This document shows positions 48,947 to 56,948 of a stretch of 59,940 nt of DNA, in pieces. Source of the stretch: a virus. Taxonomy: Duplodnaviria > Caudoviricetes. Below the pieces are notes generated by a model, which was given only the letters and a program-made list of their open reading frames with translations, did no database searches and was not told the DNA's origin. The translations under genes and the position numbers were made by a program. Where the stretch lies: IMG/VR virus record IMGVR_UViG_3300021962_000114, positions 1-59,940 of that record. The stretch is one strand, 5' to 3'. Positions within the stretch are counted from its first letter, which is position 1, and each line of letters begins with the position of its first letter.

Positions 48947-49450
48947 TTATCCTTTTTTAGCAGCAACCTTTTTGTCAACTGCTTTCATCAAAGCTCGAAA
49001 ATCTCGATTAAATACAGCAGCAGTCTTTTTTACTTCAACTGGTGCCGCAGCAGGGATTTCTGGTGCAGCAGCTTCGTTAAGAACTTCTGTTCCTCCTCCA
49101 CCAAAACCACCCATCATACCAACCATGCTACCTTCTTGTGGAATACCCTTGAAGTTTTGTGCAGTTTCGTTCAACACAGCGTTTAGAACTGGATTTTTAG
49201 TATATTGAACCTTCTTTTTGCTGGTTTGAGGTTGTTGCGGTGTTTGCTCAATATCGTCGTTTTCCATCAAACTTGCAAAGCTTGAATTTGATGGATTTTC
49301 GCTGACTTGGACTTCACGACGTGATTGGTTCACAGAAGAACTTGCACCAAAAGCCTCAGAAATGCAGTTTTTAACTTCATCTCGCACAGCCTTTCGTACT
49401 TCTTCACGAACTACTTTAGCGATATATTCTTTAAGTTGGTCCACTTTCAT
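48947..49450 (-). CDS. Conserved hypothetical protein
   Basis: 167 aa; IAKVVREEVR, TKNPVLNAVLNETA, RDFRALMK. Confidence 0.7.
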   Translation of the reverse strand: MKVDQLKEYIAKVVREEVRKAVRDEVKNCISEAFGASSSVNQSRREVQVSENPSNSSFASLMENDDIEQTPQQPQTSKKKVQYTKNPVLNAVLNETAQNFKGIPQEGSMVGMMGGFGGGGTEVLNEAAAPEIPAAAPVEVKKTAAVFNRDFRALMKAVDKKVAAKKG

Positions 49451-49473
49451 AATTTCTCTAATATCTATAATTA

Positions 49474-51369
49474 TTAACCTGACTTAGATTTGTTCAAATT
49501 TAATAGTTGTTCTGCTCCTTTTGTGCTGTCTGGTCTTGGTATCTTTATCTTCTTGATACGGGGTGCATTTGCAGGTTTTGGTACTTTTGGTGTGGGTAAA
49601 CCATTTTTTACAGATGCTAGTTTAGCCGCAGCAGCACCCAAAGCTACACCAGACGCAGCACCAATCAATGCTCCTTTACCACCTCCAAGAGCGGCACCTA
49701 TACCTCCACCCAGTCCACCACCAATCAATGCTCCACCACCAATTCCACCAGCAGCAAGACCACCACCCACAGCCAACCCGGAAACTCCGCCGATCAATGC
49801 ACCTTTGCCTCCACCAGCCAAAGCACCTATGCCTGCTCCAACGCCGCCACCAAGCAATCCAGCACCAGCAACACTACCAAACGATGGTGCAACACTGCTT
49901 TTTGCTGAAGATACCAATTCAGATGGTGATGCGATTGCTGAGTTTGGATTTAGTGCCCCAATATTTGTATCGGACAATTTGCTCAACGCAGCATCCGCAC
50001 CACTAATATTTGTTGGTGGAGCAATATCTGGCAAACTTGGTATGTTAGGTTTTGGAACATCAGGCAGCGATGTTTTAAGTTTATCTGCTGCTGCGGTTAC
50101 TTCTGTTGATCCAATATTACCAGTTGCGGGATCAACAAACTTGGTGTTACCAGCAATCGTTTCTGGTTTGTATTTGTCAGGACTCCAATTTTCACCTAGT
50201 CCGTCTTTGACAAACTTTGGAGTTTCAACTTTTGGAGTCTCTACTTTTACGTTTGTATCTGACTTCAGTTTTGCCACAATATCTGTACCAGAAGCAGATG
50301 TTACTTTATCAACCGAAGAAGATACTGACGACGTTGTAGTGGTAACTGAATCTTTGCCTGGAATCTTAAACTCCGTTTGACCTGCATTATTTGGTAAAGC
50401 AGCCAATTGTTCCTGGGTCATTCTTGATCTAGGATCATCAGAAGCAAAACTTGTACGCACAGTTACGCCGCCACCAGATACTTTTTCAACACTTTTGGTG
50501 GTAACTGTTTCTGTAACAGTTGATTTTACTGTTCCACCCTCAGCAGTAAGTTTGTCTAAACTTTCAGATGGATTTAGTGCTTTTGGTTCAGACGACGGCA
50601 ACGTGATATTGGCATCATCAACCGTTGGTGGTTTATTTAGGGTGCCATAAATTGTTTGAGTTGGTGGTCCAGGCAATGCTGGTGCTGGATCTGGAAGAAA
50701 ACATGCTGGAATTTGATTTTTATTCCACGTTCCATCCTTTGCATTGTCTGCAACTTCTTGCGACACCGACATCACATTTTCTGCCAACGCTTTTTCTTTT
50801 TTGTTTGCTTGGTCTACTTTTCCTTGCAACAAAATCTGTTCATACGATTTAACGTCGCCATGGATAGTCAATAAATAAGGCAACAGTTTACTTGTTTCCA
50901 GATCTTTGAAACATGGCCATTTTGCATAATAAACCCGCTGAAAAATCGGTCTTTGGTTTATGTTGACGATTATATTTTGTTTGTTGGTGCTTGGTCCAGC
51001 ATAACCAACTATGACAGGCGGAAGATTGTTTTTATCAGGAACATCTGGCAACAACTTACGATCATTCAAATACTTGTAAAGCTCTGCGTATGTTTTTGGT
51101 CCCGTGTTTTCGACTTTGACTGATGCTGCTTTTTGATTAGCAGCAACACGTAAAGCACTATGACTACCAATCAAGTTTTTTGGATCGATGGCAACTGGGG
51201 CTGGAGCCAAGCTAGGATCTTCAACATAATATGAAAAATCTTCGCTAGTTTTTGCATCTTCAAACGCATACATGATTTTGGCATTGCCATCCAAAAAGAT
51301 GCCAGCGTTCCAGTTGTTGCCAGAATCGGGTTGCAAAAATCCAAGAATGTCTACAAGTTTGTCCGCCAT
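49474..51369 (-). CDS. Hypothetical protein with C-terminal glycine-zipper region
   Basis: Start revised to 51369 (MADKLV); GxxxG-rich hydrophobic tract followed by a basic tail. Confidence 0.7.
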   Translation of the reverse strand: MADKLVDILGFLQPDSGNNWNAGIFLDGNAKIMYAFEDAKTSEDFSYYVEDPSLAPAPVAIDPKNLIGSHSALRVAANQKAASVKVENTGPKTYAELYKYLNDRKLLPDVPDKNNLPPVIVGYAGPSTNKQNIIVNINQRPIFQRVYYAKWPCFKDLETSKLLPYLLTIHGDVKSYEQILLQGKVDQANKKEKALAENVMSVSQEVADNAKDGTWNKNQIPACFLPDPAPALPGPPTQTIYGTLNKPPTVDDANITLPSSEPKALNPSESLDKLTAEGGTVKSTVTETVTTKSVEKVSGGGVTVRTSFASDDPRSRMTQEQLAALPNNAGQTEFKIPGKDSVTTTTSSVSSSVDKVTSASGTDIVAKLKSDTNVKVETPKVETPKFVKDGLGENWSPDKYKPETIAGNTKFVDPATGNIGSTEVTAAADKLKTSLPDVPKPNIPSLPDIAPPTNISGADAALSKLSDTNIGALNPNSAIASPSELVSSAKSSVAPSFGSVAGAGLLGGGVGAGIGALAGGGKGALIGGVSGLAVGGGLAAGGIGGGALIGGGLGGGIGAALGGGKGALIGAASGVALGAAAAKLASVKNGLPTPKVPKPANAPRIKKIKIPRPDSTKGAEQLLNLNKSKSG

Positions 51370-51373
51370 AGGT

Positions 51374-53092
51374 TTACGATTCAAATTCAAATTCAGTTTG
51401 AACTGGACCTTCACGACGATTGCGTCCTTTGAAGTCTCCAATTACTCCTTCACCACTAACAGTATTGATTATTACTGGATCTGCGCATTCTGCACCACTG
51501 CCAACTGGTTTGACGCCGTTGGCACCAGGCGCATATCCACCACCCGTCAAATATACACGACGACTTAGCGTTTTATGCAAATTATCACGCAGCAGTTTCA
51601 GCTTGATTTGTTGAACTGGTATTTGTGTTTGATCTGGAATAGAATCTCCTGTATTCAACTCGCTAATTTGACCAGCGTCTTCATGTCCATGTGGATGTGG
51701 ATGAACGTGGTGATACCAATGAACGTGGTCAAGTAGCCAATTGCAAAGATCATACAACCAGTCTACGGTTGTTTGTCCTAGCAGTGCTGGTTCGTTTGTT
51801 TCTCCATACTGACCCAAAAATATTTGAGGAGCATTGATGCAAGCTGTACGATTGGTTGTCAACACAACTTGGTCGTTGGCATCTACAGTATATTCAGCGT
51901 CAGTCACAATACCATATCTACGCTTGCTGAAATGCAGTGTTTCGGCAAATCTGCTGCTCAACACAATACGATCTGTGTTGATGACCATCTGATCGCCGTT
52001 CAAAATAGGAAATTCAAATGTGGTTGATCCCGCTGGATTGAAAAGAACTTGTTCTTCAGTAGGTTTACGATCCTTTGTCACTCCAAACATTTTCTTGTAT
52101 ACAGTCGTAACCCAATTACTTACAACAGGTCCACTATTGATCTCAATCGTAGTACCATCATTATTGATGTCTTCTTCAATTTGCCCACCGTAATTCTTTT
52201 CACGATCTGTGATAACTGGAATTGGTGGTAGTTTTGGATGCAATTGTTGCGGCTTGTCCAGTGCAATATTGCGCTGACGATTTCTCAAAATAAATCTTGG
52301 ATTGCCGTATCCACCATTCACAGAGTCTCTAAACAAATTAGCGTTCAGTGCGTATGATGGGTTTGTAGACTTATCAAGCTGACGATTGCTGTTGTATGCA
52401 GTGAATCGAATGCTTTGACCAAAACGACTTTCTATGACAGTATCTCCTTCAAATTTACGAACACTACGAATAAACGGATTCAGAATGAAATAGCTTCCCA
52501 AATATCCAGTTTTTGTGATTGCCTTAAAGTTTGGATGTGATAGATATGTTTTTCTAAGCGGGTCTGGATTGCTTGGTGTAGCACTTGTATAGTCGCTGCT
52601 TTTGGCAAGTTCGGTAACAAAGTCAGCATTTACTCCAACAAAATTGTATTGATTAAAAGGCTTGGTGTAGAAATAGTTTCCAAACACTTTGATGACCAAC
52701 ACTTGTTCATTCAACAATGGATATTGCGTAATCGTATTATCCAAAGGAATTGCCCAAGGCAACTTCTCTTGTGGAGTTTTGCCTTCCAAATCTAAAATAC
52801 GAACCTTGGCACGACCGATATAACTGTAATCGGTGTTTTTTGGGTTGGGTACTTCGTTCTTATAGTTTACAGGAATTTGCTGTGGGTTGACATTAATTGC
52901 CAACTGAGAAGACCTAGAATCTGGAGATTTATCAAAAAATGGATGTTGATCATTCAGAATGATGTCAACTACAACCGCCAACTGAAAATTTGGATTGTCG
53001 CCTGTTCCTTTTGAACCTTGTCGTGGTCCACCGCCAGCAGATGGGTTCTGTACTTGAACATATCTGGATATATTTGTAGATGCGTCACTCAT
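51374..53092 (-). CDS. Baseplate hub/central spike protein, gp5-like
   Basis: YPLLNEQV, EGDTVIESRFGQSIRF, QMVINTDRIV, IFLG...EPALLG; His-rich tip motif. Confidence 0.7.
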   Translation of the reverse strand: MSDASTNISRYVQVQNPSAGGGPRQGSKGTGDNPNFQLAVVVDIILNDQHPFFDKSPDSRSSQLAINVNPQQIPVNYKNEVPNPKNTDYSYIGRAKVRILDLEGKTPQEKLPWAIPLDNTITQYPLLNEQVLVIKVFGNYFYTKPFNQYNFVGVNADFVTELAKSSDYTSATPSNPDPLRKTYLSHPNFKAITKTGYLGSYFILNPFIRSVRKFEGDTVIESRFGQSIRFTAYNSNRQLDKSTNPSYALNANLFRDSVNGGYGNPRFILRNRQRNIALDKPQQLHPKLPPIPVITDREKNYGGQIEEDINNDGTTIEINSGPVVSNWVTTVYKKMFGVTKDRKPTEEQVLFNPAGSTTFEFPILNGDQMVINTDRIVLSSRFAETLHFSKRRYGIVTDAEYTVDANDQVVLTTNRTACINAPQIFLGQYGETNEPALLGQTTVDWLYDLCNWLLDHVHWYHHVHPHPHGHEDAGQISELNTGDSIPDQTQIPVQQIKLKLLRDNLHKTLSRRVYLTGGGYAPGANGVKPVGSGAECADPVIINTVSGEGVIGDFKGRNRREGPVQTEFEFES

Positions 53093-53093
53093 G

Positions 53094-53432
53094 TTACTTT
53101 TTGGCGATAGAAATTACGTCGTCCATCAATTGCTTGCGTTCGTCTTCGCTCAGAATCATCGCACCACCCTCACCACTAGTTTCACCTTTTGCCACCAATT
53201 TTTGAACGATAGCTGCCAACTTAACCAGTTGTTCGTCATTCTTGACGCCAACATCATAATAGTCTTTAATTAGTGGCACAATAATAACAGCGTCGTTTAC
53301 CGTCTTGATCAGAGTACGCAGTTCAGAGATCAAAATATCGATTTGATCCTTTTTGCTTTCGGAGTTTTTTACTATGTCCTTACAAAGACTAGAGAAGTTC
53401 TTTCCCTTGTATATCTCAAAGTTTGTATCCAT
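53094..53432 (-). CDS. Conserved hypothetical helical protein
   Basis: Start revised to 53432 (MDTNFEIY), 4 nt after TATTTATT; KNDEQLVKLAAIVQK. Confidence 0.7.
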   Translation of the reverse strand: MDTNFEIYKGKNFSSLCKDIVKNSESKKDQIDILISELRTLIKTVNDAVIIVPLIKDYYDVGVKNDEQLVKLAAIVQKLVAKGETSGEGGAMILSEDERKQLMDDVISIAKK

Positions 53433-53445
53433 ACTCAATAAATAG

Positions 53446-53481
53446 AAAAAACCAACCATTTTGATGGTTGGTTTCGTTTTT
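53446..53481. terminator. Intrinsic terminator after the sigma-like gene
   Basis: AAAAAACCAACCAT-TTTG-ATGGTTGGTTT hairpin. Confidence 0.8.
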
Positions 53482-53499
53482 ATACAAAATATGTTGTGG

Positions 53500-54507
53500 T
53501 CAAATCACACCACGATTCATGTAGTTTTTGTTGATCTGCCCTTGATAGGCTTTCATTTTGTTCAAAACCTTGGTGATTTGCTGAGTCTTGCAATTACTGA
53601 TCTCTCGGATGTAAAGATACAGAGTTTTCTTGTTGAAGTTTTCAATACGCTCACAGCTACGAAACAACTCCAATACTGCATATGCAATATTTAGATCTTT
53701 GACCTTGGTGAAAACCTTGGTAATGTTTTTTTCCCAATAGTCGATCACCAACTTCATGAACTCTTGAGTTTGAACAGTACGATAGTGTGCATCTTCAGTT
53801 TGCAAACACACGCTGTCTTCGCTAGGAGTTTCACTGATATCTACATGCTGATTGAAACGCTTGTAGTTGTTATTGTTATGAAAAATCAAGTAGTTCTTGG
53901 CAACAATACTGAAATAGCTGAATGCTTTGCCTTTGCCAGCTTGAAACTTGTGTATGTTGGAAACAAGATGTGCCACAGTTTCACGCTGAATTTCCAACGG
54001 ACCAGAATCAAAGTACGTAAACTTGAAAGTGTTGTAGATATTTTCTACCAGCTTCTCGAAACTGAATTTGATACGCTCATTATAGATTGTATTGCGCACA
54101 TCGTTATCAGTCTCAGCGTTGTAGGCAATGATGGCTTCTTCTGTGGCTTTGCTGAAATAGATCTTTTCTTTTTTGTTTCTACCACGACGACGAACTGGCT
54201 TATCGCTTGCGTCCAGTGTTTCCACGTCAGATTCAACATCTGTGCTGGTAGTGGATGACACTGACTCAACATCACTATCTCGCTTGACAAAAACACCACT
54301 AGAAGAAATAGGCAAATCTTTCTTGATTTGCTTTGGTTGCTTCTTGACTACCTTCTTTTTCTTGGGAACCGTGACTTTGTAAACGACAGTAGTCTTGGGT
54401 TTTTTGTCTTTTTTCTTGGTGTTAGACAAAAGCTTTGCGGTTTTCTGCTTGGAAACCTTCTTACTTTTATCCTTGCTTTTCATCAGTGGTTCTGTTTGCG
54501 TCATCAT
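53500..54507 (-). CDS. Putative late-transcription sigma factor, gp55-like, with Lys-rich N-terminal extension
   Basis: IHKFQAGKGKAFSYFSIVAKNYLI resembles sigma region 2 of T4-like gp55 (F....NPFAY[FI]TQ); C-terminal HTH-like segment. Confidence 0.65.
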   Translation of the reverse strand: MMTQTEPLMKSKDKSKKVSKQKTAKLLSNTKKKDKKPKTTVVYKVTVPKKKKVVKKQPKQIKKDLPISSSGVFVKRDSDVESVSSTTSTDVESDVETLDASDKPVRRRGRNKKEKIYFSKATEEAIIAYNAETDNDVRNTIYNERIKFSFEKLVENIYNTFKFTYFDSGPLEIQRETVAHLVSNIHKFQAGKGKAFSYFSIVAKNYLIFHNNNNYKRFNQHVDISETPSEDSVCLQTEDAHYRTVQTQEFMKLVIDYWEKNITKVFTKVKDLNIAYAVLELFRSCERIENFNKKTLYLYIREISNCKTQQITKVLNKMKAYQGQINKNYMNRGVI

Positions 54508-54961
54508 TCTGTATATTGTTGATTCTGTTGTTGTATTCAGTGATAATGTTCACCATGTCTTGAAAAAGAATGCCAACATCATCATCTTTTTCAAACATAC
54601 CACGTTCGTCGATAGATTTCAACTGTTTATATACGTTTCCTGTAAGTTTTCCAAAGTCTGTGACCCATTGGGCCAGTTCCGTATTCAATTTTTCTGAATC
54701 ATCCAGTTGTTTTTGCAACAATTCAAGCTGCTCCAGAGATTTTTTAATTGATACGTGCAAAAACGCAGAAATACCAGTGCTGAGAATTTGTTCAAGATCT
54801 TTTTGAGCAGTACGCAACTCGTTGATCTTTGATACAACCAGTTCAGCATCCTTCAGCTTTTTGTTGACGCTGCGCAGCCGAAAGAACAAAAAGGTGCTGA
54901 TGGAAAATAGCAGCACCGATAGTGTAACAAGGATTTGTGTAATCATATTAAGTGTAAACAT
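54467..54961 (-). CDS. Membrane-anchored coiled-coil protein
   Basis: N-terminal hydrophobic helix, coiled coil, IDERGMFEKDDDVG. Confidence 0.7.
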   Translation of the reverse strand: MFTLNMITQILVTLSVLLFSISTFLFFRLRSVNKKLKDAELVVSKINELRTAQKDLEQILSTGISAFLHVSIKKSLEQLELLQKQLDDSEKLNTELAQWVTDFGKLTGNVYKQLKSIDERGMFEKDDDVGILFQDMVNIITEYNNRINNIQNDDANRTTDEKQG

Positions 54962-55098
54962 TAGATTTCATCAGACTCATCATCTAGCTCAACAAATTCA
55001 TTAATAAACTCAACAGCGTCGTCGATTGCTGACCAGTCGTTATTTTCGTTTGCTTCTATAAGAATGCGACGTAGTTCTAAAAGTTCTTCGTTATTCAT
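54961..55098 (-). CDS. Small acidic protein (45 aa), below the ORF-track cutoff
   Basis: MNNEELLELRRILIEANENNDWSAIDDAVEFINEFVELDDESDEI; TAATG stop/start overlap with the next gene. Confidence 0.7.
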   Translation of the reverse strand: MNNEELLELRRILIEANENNDWSAIDDAVEFINEFVELDDESDEI

Positions 55099-55153
55099 GG
55101 GTTTCTAATACAGTAATATATAGTTCCCACGATTCAAAACGATATTTTTCTTT

Positions 55154-56269
55154 TCAAAAACTGAACAAACCACGAATACCAGCACCTTTTCCTCTGATCT
55201 TTCTGATGATGGTATTTTCGATTGGCTTCTCTACAACCCTTTCTACTTCTTTAACTACCTCAACTGGCTTTTCTACAGTTTTTTCAACTTCATGTATTAC
55301 GTCACGAACAACATCAACTGGCTTTTCAACCTCAACAATTTTTTCCACAACTCGTTCCACAGGCTTTTCCACCTCAACGATCTTTTCTACTACTGTTGTA
55401 TTGTTTGTTGATTGGTCAGCCTCGGTAGATGTTTGTTTCTTTAGCTCAATGTCTTTCTTTTTGTAGAGTTCATACTCTTTATCAGTTTCTACTTCACGAT
55501 AGTTTGCAGACATGTTGTATGCCAACAACAATACCACAGCCAATGGATCAAACACAGTAATCAGCACGATAATAAACCACTTTACAACGTGACGAATGTC
55601 TGTGTTGAATTCGTCTGCCACAAATTTGAATGTTGTAATATCTTTCTTTTGACTGTTTTCAATCTTGAGCTTGAAAATGTCATCATCGATCTTGCCAGAT
55701 TTATCACTAGCGTCTTTCAACTTAGCATTTTCAGTTTCAATTTGTTTGTTCAAATCACCGATTTGTTCGTTGATTTGATTTTGAATACTTTGTAGCTGAA
55801 TTGGATTGCGAGCAATCAATGCATTGGTCATTGTTTGGCTCAAACGATCTTCTTGAGAAGCACGTAGTGCCAACAACTTGTCGATGTTGGCTTTTACAGC
55901 ATCAAGCTTTTTGGATTCGGTAGTTTTTTGCATTTCCAAAGTGGCAATTTTGGTGTTTGCCAATTCACTTTCCAACGAACTCTTTTGAAATGCTGCTGTA
56001 AGATAGCCAAAAATACCCAAAGATGTAATACACATCAAAACCAACACAGCCGTCACCATATAAACCTTCATCAGTTTATTGGCAATATTCCAGTATCTAA
56101 ACAACCACGATGTTGTCACAAGCTTGCCCAATTCAAGCGAGCTTGCCATGATCATAGCAGCTATGATAGCACCAGAGAAAAGCAAACCAATACCATACAC
56201 ACTGAAGAAAGCGGCACAGCCAGCAATCAACATGGAGGTAAACATCACCAAATTTTTGAATTTGAACAT
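55154..56269 (-). CDS. Multi-pass membrane protein with coiled coil and VEK repeats
   Basis: Three N-terminal TM helices, long coiled coil, TM ending in FDPLAV, C-terminal VEKIVEVEKPV repeats. Confidence 0.8.
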   Translation of the reverse strand: MFKFKNLVMFTSMLIAGCAAFFSVYGIGLLFSGAIIAAMIMASSLELGKLVTTSWLFRYWNIANKLMKVYMVTAVLVLMCITSLGIFGYLTAAFQKSSLESELANTKIATLEMQKTTESKKLDAVKANIDKLLALRASQEDRLSQTMTNALIARNPIQLQSIQNQINEQIGDLNKQIETENAKLKDASDKSGKIDDDIFKLKIENSQKKDITTFKFVADEFNTDIRHVVKWFIIVLITVFDPLAVVLLLAYNMSANYREVETDKEYELYKKKDIELKKQTSTEADQSTNNTTVVEKIVEVEKPVERVVEKIVEVEKPVDVVRDVIHEVEKTVEKPVEVVKEVERVVEKPIENTIIRKIRGKGAGIRGLFSF

Positions 56270-56293
56270 ACTAATATAAATATCAAAGATACT

Positions 56294-56324
56294 AAAAAAC
56301 CCTTCGCATTTCTACGAAGGGTTT
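56294..56324 (-). terminator. Intrinsic terminator after hsp20
   Basis: Minus strand AAACCCTTCG-TAGAAATG-CGAAGGGTTTTTT. Confidence 0.85.
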
Positions 56325-56344
56325 GTTGTAACCAATTGGCTTAA

Positions 56345-56824
56345 TTATCCAATCTTGATCTTTTTGCTTGTTGGAGGTGTTGGCTTGACCTTTTTGATGG
56401 TCACAGTCAACAGTCCATTCTCAAACTTGGCCGAAGTAGTTTCTTTGTCAAACAAGTCGCTCAAGGCGAATGTACGTTTGAAGCTGCTGTGCTTGAGTTC
56501 TTTGCGAATATAGGTACGTTTGTCGTCCTTTTCAACAGTCTTGGTCTTTTGACCACTAATGATCAACAGATTTTCTTCAAATTCCACAGAAACCTCGTCT
56601 TTGCTGAGACCTGGAATCTCGGCGATGATTTCAATGCTATCTACATTATCAATAACATCTACTTTTGGATAGCTTTGTTTTTCGAAGAATCCCACACCAA
56701 ATTCCTTGGTGAAATCTGGGAAAGCATTTGAGAATACATCATCAAACAGCTTATCGAATGGGGTTAGAAATTCGTCACGATTGATGTGACGCAACACAGG
56801 TGAGTTGTATCTTACTACTGACAT
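56345..56824 (-). CDS. hsp20: Small heat shock protein (Hsp20/alpha-crystallin)
   Basis: YPKVDV, AEIPG, SFKRTF, AKFENGLLTV, C-terminal IKI; SD AGAAAGGAA. Confidence 0.93.
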   Translation of the reverse strand: MSVVRYNSPVLRHINRDEFLTPFDKLFDDVFSNAFPDFTKEFGVGFFEKQSYPKVDVIDNVDSIEIIAEIPGLSKDEVSVEFEENLLIISGQKTKTVEKDDKRTYIRKELKHSSFKRTFALSDLFDKETTSAKFENGLLTVTIKKVKPTPPTSKKIKIG

Positions 56825-56905
56825 ATTATTGTTCCTTTCTTTGTTATAATAATTCGTTTTGAACTTATTATCTTGGCAACCTCACAAGAGCTTTGCCGTG
56901 ACGGT

Positions 56906-56935
56906 AATCTACCATCAACAATATATAGCTGTCAA
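56906..56935 (-). promoter_or_regulatory. Sigma70-type promoter for hsp20
   Basis: TTGACA-N18-TAGATT with extended -10 TGn. Confidence 0.6.
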
Positions 56936-56948
56936 GAAACAAAAAACA

